Positions 53,104 to 64,000 of a stretch of DNA of 64,000 bases are shown in pieces. The position numbers were made by a program, and so were the translations under genes. The DNA is from Antechinus flavipes (lineage: Eukaryota). Positions within the stretch are counted from its first letter, which is position 1. The number at the start of each line of letters is the position of its first letter. The notes below the pieces were generated by a model that was not told the DNA's origin, did no database searches, and saw only the letters and a list, made by a program, of their open reading frames with translations. The DNA lies in assembly GCF_016432865.1 (NCBI RefSeq), contig NC_067399.1:639654001-639718000 (forward strand). The letters are read 5' to 3'.

Positions 53104-54019
53104 CTAGAAGTCAAAGGGGACATCATTCAGACAAAGCAGTAGGGCTCGCGATGGGAATGAGAGTTTAGGTCCAAGGCACCCGACAGCAAGCTACCTTTAC
53201 AAATGGATTCCCCGTTTGGCTTGGTCCCACCCCCAGTTCCTAGCAGGGTACAGGACTGTTGACTAACCATGATGCACAATCATCTCAAATCCTTCCCCAG
53301 GAGAACATGTCTCCTCAAGGGGGAATAGGAGGACATGGCTATTGTCACAGATCAACTTGATCAAGATCTTTCTCCCTAATCCTGCCGCCATTCCCAGAAA
53401 ATGGGATGATGGTTCCAACCCAGACAAGAAAAAACGCAGAGACACTCTGAGGCTCTCGCTGAATGGGAGAATCCTTACTGACTAATTTGCTAACCTTGGC
53501 ACTGCTTGAATGGTTCCTGTGATTGTTCTAAGGCACCTTTATATGGGAGATATTTAAAAAGAGAATCACTGGGCTTTGGAGGACCAGTGAGAGGGAACCC
53601 TGAGAAGACTCCAGACCATCTCACCTCTACTGAGTCTATGAAAGAGCTCTCAGTGGCTTAATCTATCTGGTAGCTAGAAGGACCTTGAGGAATTTAAAAT
53701 GGCATCAAGTGAGTATTACAGGATCCACTGGCTGTAAAAGATCCCCACACCAGTTACCTTTAAGGCAAAAATGCCTTGTGAAAGGAAGGAAGGAGCAGTG
53801 GTCATTAGGATCTCCTACCAAGAGAATCTGCAGTGTCGTCTGAGGAACAATACAGGTAGGAGAAACTGAGATTTCAGACCTTCCTGGGAACAAGAGATGG
53901 CCCACTTCTCGGTAGCTTTAAAACTGATGCTGTTGACTTCTTAGTCACTGTGACAGTCCATTTAAACTAAATGTGAGTGAGTAATCCTTTCAGGTGTCAA
54001 ACAAAATAGGAGGTGGGAG

Positions 54020-54160
54020 GGGGCAGCTAGTGGCACAGTGGATAGAGCACTAGCCCTGAAGTCAGGAGGACCTGAGTTCAAATCTGGTCTCAGACACCTA
54101 ACACTTCCTAGCTGTGTGACCCTGGGCGAGTCACTTAACCCCAATTGCCTCAGGGGGAAA
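54020..54160 (+). mobile_element. WSINE1-like marsupial SINE in the ODF3L1-like intron
   Basis: ggggcagctagtggcacagtggatagagcactagccctgaagtcaggaggacctgagttcaaatc...gtcacttaaccccaattgcctc followed by an A tail, with flanking aaaataggagg / aaattaggagg. Confidence 0.85.
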
Positions 54161-55499
54161 AATTAGGAGGGAAGATTTATTCTTGGTGGGAAAGGGTCTG
54201 AGCTATGAGATATTTATGAGTTATTAATTCATATTCCAATTTGATAGCCAAGGAAAGCCCATTGGGAAAATGTCATTTCAAGAAAGCACCAAAAAGGAAA
54301 GATTATAAGTCTGAGTTTTGAGCCCTGCTCAGTAATTTGGCCAGTTACTGACATAGCTACTTCATTTAGAATGACCAAGCTGAGGCAGCTACTCTCAAGC
54401 CAAACTCCTAGAGTTTATACATGAAACACTTGTCCTACTTGCATCAAAGATATGATCTACAATCCAAGACATGAAGACCTCATAATTCTCCATGCAACCC
54501 CACACAAATGGAGTTGTCATTTCCACAGTCATACAAAGTTTGGCTTACGGCAAGAGAAGAGGAACGATAAAGAAATATTCACTGTGTAAATGCTTGGTTA
54601 GCCAATACCTATGGTCCACACCCTGCAAAGTGTGGGATATGGGATGTGGATGTGGATCTGGCCCTTATTCTTCACCCCTTCCCTTGCCATTTTCTCCAGT
54701 CTCATGATCACAGCAGAGTATTCTGGGACCACAGAATATATTCATCTTCTGTGCTGAGACAGGTAATCACTAGGGCTTCAGAACATTGACAAGACAAAGG
54801 AATAGAGGTCCAACTGAAATGAGAACTTCCCTTAGCAAGGAGAACATCATTCTTTTAAAAAATCAAATAAATATATATCAATTTCTGTTGCAAATGTGCC
54901 ATAGAAAAGCAACAAAACTAGAGCTTCTCCACATTTGTTTTCTCCATATCATCTGACCTGTAACGTGGTAGGTTCTTGTAATGAGCATCCACATTTCTAA
55001 TATGTCTGAAGGTCTTCCCAAACTTAGCTATGAAATGCAATCTTTGATTGAAAATAACCTCTGATGGTAAAACACAATCGGATTTATCCCTTCAGGAACA
55101 AGATTCTATAGACATTGCAGGCAATTTCAGGCAAGCAATCTGTGGCGCACACTTGAAAAGTGGCACATGTTGCTATTTTTGAGACTAAATCAGAGCTATC
55201 ACAGAATTTAGGCCTGGATGGCAGGGTGGTCATATGGGGCATTGCCAACTGCATTCAAGTTTTCTTGTTACCAATTCCAATCATGTTCACACACACAGCA
55301 CATCAATTATCCCATATCCAATCCAGCTGCCAATAAGGCTGAAAGATTGGGTTGTTCTAACTTCACTCCAAAACGACCTGCATTCAGAACATAATAATGG
55401 TTTCTTTTCAGCCTTACTTTCTGACTTTAGATTTTGTGTGAGAGACAGAGCTCTTTTGGAGATAATGACTGGCTGTTCTCAGTTCTGTTTTGTGTCTTC

Positions 55500-56255
55500 T
55501 TGGCTCCTGCTACTTTCTCTGGGTAATCAATATTGTATTATTCCAGAATCTCAGAGAAAACTCGGGCCGGGGGCCCGTAAGCCTTCAGCGCACCGCTCTC
55601 ATGTTTGAACTCTGCAAGTTCCTGACTTGGGTTTGGATCTGAGCTAACACAACTGCAGACTTGCCCCTGGTTGCAGCTCCACCAGACTGCTTTTAAGACT
55701 CCCATCACCCAGCTGGAAATTTCTGCATGTTCAAAGTGACAGAAGACTCCCTATGATTTAGGCTGAATCTGGAACCTGCTGTTCACCTCTGTACTCTCTT
55801 CTAGATCAGTCAAGAAGCCCATGACCCTCCTTTTCTCCATTTTCACCCTTCAGCAAAACCCCACTAGTCAGTTCATACTGAATCTATGATCTAGCCCTGG
55901 AAAGTAAGTGACTGCTGCCATTTGATATATCTTCCTGTTCCCTGAAATGCCAAGCCCTTCTATTCCAGATCTGGGGATCCTTCTCATTTTGGTATACAGC
56001 CTCAGCTCTCTTTCAGTCTTTGAGCTGGAATGTTCCTCAGTGTCACTTCTGGCTTGACTCCAATTCTAGTGTCCACAGAACTTTTTTGTCTTTTCCTACA
56101 CTGAGCTGGAAAAAATATATGATTTTTTTCCTCATGTTTCTCAATCACACTCTGGCATAATCTCAGTCTGGTGTAATTTTCAAGATATTTTTGAAATAGT
56201 TATGTAGCTAGACCTTGGCTCTGCTGCTTTTTGCCATTCCACCATCTTGGCTGGT
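55500..56255 (-). mobile_element. Possible LINE-1 5' UTR (antisense)
   Basis: The minus strand begins agccaagatggtggaatgg, like the L1 5' terminus GGAGCCAAGATGGCGG. The left boundary is uncertain. Confidence 0.45.
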
Positions 56256-56691
56256 CCCTAACCATGCTTTCTAATCACTGCTCAGCAATGCGAGGGTCCC
56301 AGGAGAACACCGGAATCTACAAGAGAGATAAACCATAAACGCCCCCAAACTCACACTGCATCCCCGTGGACCAGCTAAGCTCCCAAGCCAAGCTTTCACA
56401 TTCACTGACATTTTCATCTCACTGGAACAGGGCTCTAAGCTCCCAAATTCCTCTCATTCATACAGATTTCTCCTCACCATTTACCAAAACTCCTTCCTTA
56501 GCTGCACAGCCATCCCTCCCCTGCCAGCATCCAAACCACAAAATAAAGCCAACATATATTCTTTGCTCTACCCACAAGAATCCCCTCAAGGGAAAAATCT
56601 CAAAAACAGGAGCATCTCCAAAGCGTGACACCCCAAAGGAACACAAGGCTGCTTCAAATAAAATGAATTATTGTGATCAATATGGATCATA

Positions 56692-56906
56692 AATGGGGGT
56701 ATGCTGGTAAATGTTTAACAACTGGCTCCACATATAAGTTTGATCTGAATTAACATTTTCTCCATCACTTTCTTTAGCCTAAGTTAATAAATAAAATTAA
56801 GCCTTGATTTGTAGCATTTCTCAATTTCCAAGTTATAAATGACCACAATGAAAAGTTAACAATTGACTCTAGAAAGCTGGTTAGACCTGGCTCCAGCAAA
56901 CTCCTG
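56692..56906 (-). mobile_element. MER53-like non-autonomous hAT element (degraded)
   Basis: Ends ggtatgctggtaaatgtttaacaactggctc ... agctggttagacctggctccagca resemble MER53 termini as recalled. Boundaries approximate. Confidence 0.55.
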
Positions 56907-59900
56907 AAAGTGACATCCCTTCTAAGTAATACTGTCATGTCTCCCGGGACAGGTTTGATGGCCAATTGTTCCCTGCCTTAACTAACAATTGTTCTCCACC
57001 AGCATTAATAAATAGGACCACAGATTCCCAATTCAGTCCTTCCTCTCTCTCTGACACATCAATGTCACATTCTTGGTCTTGAGTCCTCTTCCTCTTCTCT
57101 TTCCACTCCAATGGACTATTATCATGTCTATTATTTCTTATCAACCTTTAGAGATCAAAGGCTGTGCTGACGTAATTATCAGTTTCCACAAAATACAAAC
57201 TTGAAGGATTTGGGGTGATCAAAGTTGCTGGGTTTTCACAACTGCCTCCTTCAAAAGTGAATCTTTTTCCTATTCAGTTCCCTATTAAGAGTTTCTGTGT
57301 CTCAGTGTTCTATGACTTCAAAGAATTGGAAGGAGGTCAGGAGGCACTATCAAAAGCATAGCTATGATGGTCCTTACACCAGAATCATCACTGAACAAAC
57401 TTTCCAGTATTCTGTGAGCCCCAAACTTCAGTCAGGCTCCCCTATGATCCATTGCACAAGATATAATCAGAAATAGAAACAATACAGGGGAACAGAAGCA
57501 TACACAGAAAGGAAAACCTCCCTGGAGCATTCTAGATTGTGAAACCATACTAGTATACCCTGAATAAATATCACTTTCATGCTCTCAACATCTGTCAACA
57601 CAATCTGCTCTGCAGCCGCAATATTAAGGCTGGTCTTAGAACAAAGGTCCTGGATCTCTCTGCCTACAGGAGAGATGCTGGTATCCAAAAGTTTACAGCA
57701 CCTGCAATATGCTGCTAATTCTGGACCTCCAATGGTGAGTGTTTAGATCTAGCTCTTCCAGCTTTAGGAAGAATCTTCCAAAGGTTACCAGTTCCTGACA
57801 GAATGCACACTTCTCTATCTTTAATTATGAGCCGTGCTGAAGTAGGCAAGTCATTACTTCTCATCCCCATGGTACATACTTCTATTCCTGGTAAGAGACA
57901 AGGAGGATATTATCTGAACACACTATATAGTTTGATCCAGAAATTCTGCAAGAACGTTACTGATTAAATGTTAAAGTATTGCTGAGACATTTGCCAATAC
58001 CCCAGCATTCATCATGCTCAGAATGTTTGTAGAAAACTCATTTTCTACTGGCTGAAAGCCTACTCACATGAGATTAGAGGACTCCCACAAACTCAGCTTG
58101 GTGCAAAATTATATCCCTCCCACCGTCATCTCTTCCTAAAATATCAGAAATTAGGAGAAGCAGATAATGGATACGGACTAGAATTTCATTCTAGTCCCAG
58201 TGCAATGGCGTCTCTCCCTCCCTTCAGGCACTGATCTCATCATCAGGGTCAGATGAATGTATTCCATGCTCAAATTCTCCTGATTTTCTCCCTAGGGATC
58301 TTGCCTTTTGAGCCCACTTAGTACAAAACCTGTCTGTGGTGTTGATGTCAAGGTACCAGCCGAAGATCATTGAGACAGTCTCAGTGACATTGTAGACTCA
58401 AGTAATCTGTCCCTTCTCTGCTAAGAAATAAATCAAAGTGGTTCCCATGCCCTTTCCTCCCAATGGCAAGGTGACTGTGCTGGAGAAGGGACTTCCATGT
58501 GTCCTTCCTCGGTGAGTCCTCTTTGGGCAAGCTGAATTGCTGCCAGGACCACTTGATGAAGTGCTCATACAGATGCAGACAGCCCAATACACCATCCTAG
58601 CAATGGCCACCTTGCCCATATTGCCGGTCCCCTGTCCCATACATCTGCCTGCCATAGAGGGGGAATGGTCACCTAACTCACCAAACCCTATTCGTCAAGG
58701 TTGATTTTCTACTATAACCATCCAACTGTTCATTCAAGGATGAATATCCCCCAGAGACTCTCTCAAGTCTCCTCCCCAGGAACCAAACAATTTACTGAAG
58801 TCCATGTGGACAGGCCCCAGGCCCCAGATTGACTTTTACCAGAGGAGTTATCATGAGAGGAGACTTCATTATCCACCTAAGTCTTCAAACCTCATCTAAT
58901 GGACCCCAATCTTAGAGGGCTTCCTGATACATTCCTGGCTGACCCTTTGTCTTACCCAAGCCATTCCCTATCAGGCTAAATTCACTCCTCACTAACCTGA
59001 CAAAAAAGATCCAAGGATCTGCCCATGGTGATAAATTGGATAATCTCAGGGGACAGAGGCTGCCTCTGAGCTCTCCGGGCTCCCTGCACTCTCGACTCCA
59101 GATTAACTCGTCCCTGTCCCCCCCTTCCTTCTTCTCTAGGTTCTCCCTCTTGAGTCCAGCCCTTCCTCTTTTCCCATCAACCTCTCAAATGAGTTATCAC
59201 ATCTATTGTTCCTCACAGACCCCTGAAGGGTCTGTGCTTGGCATTTCTTGAGTTTCTTCCTCAGATCTCAAGATGTATCTCCTCCTAGATGACTCGTCCC
59301 AGATCAGAACAGTCTGTTACGGACAAAACCTGAGGTACAAGCAACTGGTACCTTCCTGACTCTCCCAGTTTTTGGGTCATATACTTCAGGCAACTGACAA
59401 CTTAAACTCCTACTAGGAAATGCTAATAATTCTCCAGCAGGAAAACTTCCTTCTCCATAAAAAGAATGGAATCACAGACTGTTGGAAAGGACCCCAACCA
59501 TCCTGGGAAAGAATCCTCGCCCCAACAGACCTGACAAGTGGTCATTCAGCCTCTGCCTAAAGAACTTCCAGTGAAGGGGGAATCAATATTCTCTCAAGCT
59601 GGCCCACTCCACCTTGAGTCAGCTCAAGCCTCAGTTGGTCTTTTCACCACTTCTGCCATTGGGTCTGTTTTCTACCCTCTGTATGTGTGTACACACACAT
59701 ACACACACATATACCTACATATATGTGTATGTATATATTCAAACAGAATGTATATATTATTGCCATTCTCTTAGATGTCCCTTGAGTCATAAATGTTCAT
59801 AAATCATAAGAGTTCCTCCTGTTAATCCTTGTGCAACTTGAATTTGATTGTGCCAAAGATAATTATAACCATAAGGAAGTCAAAGGTCTGGAGCGCTGCT

Positions 59901-61585
59901 CCTTGCCTGTACTCCCGGGGATGAATGGAGGGGGGTGGGGCAGATGCTGAGGCTGATGGATTGATCGAGTTCTGGGGTGCTGAGCTGCCTCACACCTAAA
60001 GATGATTGGGTCTCCATAATAAGTCTGGTGAGCCCCTGAGTGTGGAGGTCTACCAGGCTGCCTGAGCAGGGGCAAATCAGCCCAAGCCAAAATAGCAGGT
60101 CGGGTTAAAGTTCCCTTGCCAGTCAGTACTGGTGTCTAACTTGTGTGAAGAACTGAGCTTCAAGATTCAGAAGGAAAAAAGAGGAAATCAGGATAATTTT
60201 CTGTGACCTAGAAAGTCTACTCCTAATCCTGACAAGGACCCCAGTTTCTGTTTCTTAGATTGACTTCAGGCAATCTATAAAAGCAGAGAGTTCAAAAGTG
60301 AACCAGTGTTTCTAAATTGGTTCTCACACTGCAGAGCTGGCTGTGATGTCAGGAAGAAGAGCCAGACAAGGTTTCTGTGGGGCTCTGGGGACCGGATTTC
60401 CCTCTGTGCCTGTGGGTCTCCCTCTGTTGCACTGGATCGCTTTAACAATGTTCTGTACTGCCCAGTTGATGGATATATAATGCACATCAAAGATCTTGGG
60501 CAATGGCACTGTGTCCCAGTGACTGTTAAGATAGTTGCATCATTGATGATATTTTACAAGCCCTTCCCTATTCTCCCAGTCATATCTATGTTATCATAGG
60601 TCATGGGAATTTGCAATCACAACTTTTAGATCCCTAACCATAATTCTTACATTCCTGTCCCCTCGGGAATGACTCCAGTACACAATTGCACAATCAGACA
60701 TAGTGAATTCCAGACTCTCGAGTTTAGGTCATCACAAACTATCCCCATCAGTGTAACAAAATAGTCAAAACTGATAAGAATGTTGGGAAATCAAGGCACA
60801 GCCACAGGCTTTTTCGTAAGTGTTTCCAGAGTGATCTACAGAGCACACTTAACGTCTGGTTGGATCAGCCTTTCTTTTCCTCCTAACACATCATTTCATT
60901 CTTACCCATCGGGCAAACCACAGACACACCATGAGTGTTTGCATTACTCCAACCCAGAAGGATCCAAGGAAAGAGTTCTGGGTGGGGTGCTAACAGTTGT
61001 TTCCAAAGCACTGGGGATTTCCATTTCTAAAAGCAGGAGAAAGTTCAGAGGTAAAAAAGGAGGTAGAGTTACCCTAGGGAATGATGGGAAGTAGGAACCC
61101 AGGCTAGAAACAGCTTCCAGCTACCTCCCCTAGGTGGGAGATTGATGGGCACACCCTGGTCACCAGAGGAAGAGGATCCTCTCCTAATCCCAACTTATTT
61201 CAATCTCTCCTCTAAGTATAATTCATATCATGGTCTCGGTTTCCCCACCTACACCTTGCATGTTTCTCCCCTCAGTTTCCTAGTCACAGCCCTTCTCCCT
61301 CTCCTCATGCCATGGACAACCTTGAACTACACCTGCTGCCTAGGATCAGGGTATGAGTGGGGAAAAGGCATTTTCTCAAGAGGCAGCAGCATCTAGGAGC
61401 ACTGGATAGAACACTGGGCTTGCAATCAGGAAAACCTGAGTTCAAATCTTGCCTCAAACCCTGAGCAATTCATTTAGCTGCTATCAGCCTCAGTTTCTTC
61501 AACTACAAAAAATGGGAACGATAGTATCGCTATCTCCCGGGGTTGTTGTGAAGATCAACTAGATCCTGAGATCTGAGATCCTGAG

Positions 61586-61696
61586 AACATTAGTCCATAT
61601 TTTCAGGACCGGGATTATTGAAGAGCAATCTCAGCCTCCACAAACATGGTAAGCCCCATTCCCATATCCACATCCTACAGAAGTGTGGAAGATACT
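61586..61696 (+). repeat. ~111-bp dispersed duplicate (copy 1; copy 2 at 63735-63847)
   Basis: aacattagtccatattttcaggacc...atctcagcctccacaaaca...tatccacatcctacagaagt...gaagatact occurs twice, about 85-90% identical by eye. Confidence 0.9.
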
Positions 61697-62619
61697 ATCC
61701 TACTACTGAGATAATAGATGTAATGCATTAGTACAGTGCCTGGCATATAGTAGGCACTTAACAAATGCTTGTTCCCTTCTGTATACTCAGAGAGGGAGTT
61801 CTGAACCCAAGGGGCCCATGTTGTCATGTCAATGTCCATGATGACATTACACTGGCACTAGGGTATCAGTTCTGGGGCATCCATGAACGTTGCAATGATG
61901 GCATCAAGATTGGCAACATAGAGATATTGGGACATGGGCTTTGGAAGCGCTCCACACAAACCAAGAGAGTGTCCCATGGGCACATCTACAGTCTTAAGTC
62001 TTCATCAGCAAGATGCAGCAGATTACAGAGATAGGATGCCCAGTAAGCTCTCCATGGCACCACTACCCAAGAGTACTCCCAGGCCGTTTCTGGCTTCCCA
62101 TGATTCTGTAACATGCCCACAGCAATGCAGCAGAGTGCAGAGGGCATTGGGTTGGCAGTCTAATCCATGGTACGGTGGATGCAAATAGACAAGAAAGAAG
62201 CAGGATGGTGAACCAATGTGTCACTGCCCCCATAGGAGCATCTTCTCAGGAAAAGAAGTTACTTAAAACAAAATGTCATTTCCTAGATGCTGCTCCCTGA
62301 TTCTGCACTAACCTCCACAGCTTCAGAGACCATTGTTTTGATTCTGTTTTTGCTCCCCCCCCACATCTCCCCTGCATTGGATGATCTTGGTAAACTTTGA
62401 TGAACTACAACCTCTGGTCCTCTCTCTCCTCTCCCTCTCTTCCTCTACTTCTCTCTCACCTAGCAAATGCCCTATTTCTCCATCTCCTTCCAGAGGAGGG
62501 GAATCAGACTGCCCCCAACTCTGGGACATATCCAAGATGGCAACATGAAGTCCCTCTTGAATCCTCTTCTTATGAAACCCTAACCGAAAGCTTCACCAGC
62601 CCACACCTTCCAATCCCTA

Positions 62620-62787
<168 letters not shown>

Positions 62788-64000
62788 TCAAACTGAAAGC
62801 CAGTCTCTGGTTCATAATAGTAACTTCCTCAGACAGGGATGGACAGTCCACACACCCCCTGCCCTACAGCAGTATCCCCTTTCTCAAGGGTTCTTAGGGG
62901 AACAAATAGGCTGGCACTCAGGATGCATATGAGGGGTAACAACGAGACTTCCAGGCTATGTCTGTGCCTGCTCCTGGCAGGATTAGCCACCACAAGGAGT
63001 CACTTATCTTGGTTTGAATTCTTCCATTGTTCTACATCTTGCTAAAGGAGAGATGGCAGGACCAAAAGGCCTCTGAGAATACACCATTAATAAATGTAGC
63101 AAACTTGGATTAGTGGAGAACTAATTTGAAAGAAATTACAGATTCATAGAAAAACATCTGTAAGCAAATAATACTTCAATAAATCATAATTCTAAGTGAG
63201 GCTTCATTTATAGGGCCTCAGCCTTGTTCTAATTTCTCCAGAAGAGTTAAAAGTGGGTTAGTGACCTCCTCAAAGATACAGTGACATAATTCATTCAACC
63301 CAGAGTACCATGAAATCTGTTAAAAGTGAGTTTTGTCACTATGTCCTAAACTTGAATAAAAACCCTGCTGGCTGAGTTGGGGGAGAGGGGGGGAAGAGAG
63401 GAGAAGGAGAATTTACATTTGGAAAGCCTTGTCCATAAGGTATGAGGTAACAAATTTAATTCTACGACTCCCAGGATAGACTTAAATGATAAAATCTTCC
63501 CAGTCTGGAAAAAAACTAGGCTGAGAGCAACATAATATTACACATTTAGAGCTGAAAGAGCTCCTTAGAGATTATCTAATCCAATTCCTTTATTTTAAAA
63601 TAAGGAAATTAAAAGTAGAGAAAGGTCAGGTGATTTGCCCTCTCTCACATGGATAGGAAGTATCAGTCAGAATCTGAACCCAGAGCTTTTGACTTCAATT
63701 CTTTCCAGCAGACCATACTGCCTCCTGTTTATTAAACATTAGTCCATATTTTCAGGACCAGGTTTATTGAAGGGCAAATCTCAGCCTCCACAAACACCAT
63801 AAACCCCCATTCCTATATCCACATCCTACAGAAGTACTGAAGATACTCTTCTCCAGAAAACAGGGTTATACCAAATCTGGGAAGGAAAAGTGGTTTCAGC
63901 TTGCCCCTCATAATTTGCCCTCCCCATCCCACCTCCCCCTTGTTCCCATTCTCCATTCCTACTTCTTCCCCAGAATCTCACACTTGTCTGAGTGCCTGGT

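Noticed and set aside
61765-62200. DDITL motif suggesting a reverse-transcriptase or RTE remnant
   Set aside because: A single short motif with no supporting flanking RT motifs, too weak to call.

Overview
Eukaryotic, AT-rich, repeat-dense marsupial genomic DNA. WSINE1/MIR/L2/L3/marsupial L1 repeats plus an OC1-type hAT element point to a dasyurid such as the Tasmanian devil or a relative (inferred). There are two N gaps, and no rRNA, tRNA or CRISPR features were seen. Two protein-coding genes are supported, both on the minus strand. (1) The 5' part of SGPL1 (sphingosine-1-phosphate lyase): CpG-island promoter and non-coding exon 1 (~30009-30190), then coding exons 28797-28823, 10119-10284 and 1172-1239, with the rest off the left edge. 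(2) The last two exons of an intron-containing ODF3L1/CIMAP1C-like SHIPPO-repeat gene (62643-62756 and 52622-53103), whose start lies off the right edge. Nearly all other ORFs in the supplied track are spurious. Most notable: an ODF3L1-like gene sits where eutherian synteny predicts TBATA; a candidate upstream CCAAT-box promoter has a chain of spliceable exons pointing at SGPL1; a candidate in-frame 246-nt cassette exon lies in SGPL1 intron 2; an OC1-type transposon has intact TIRs and TSD; and a ~110-bp local copy is inserted into a MIR. I found no evidence of a wholly new multi-gene system. The novel items are hypotheses needing RNA-seq or comparative data.
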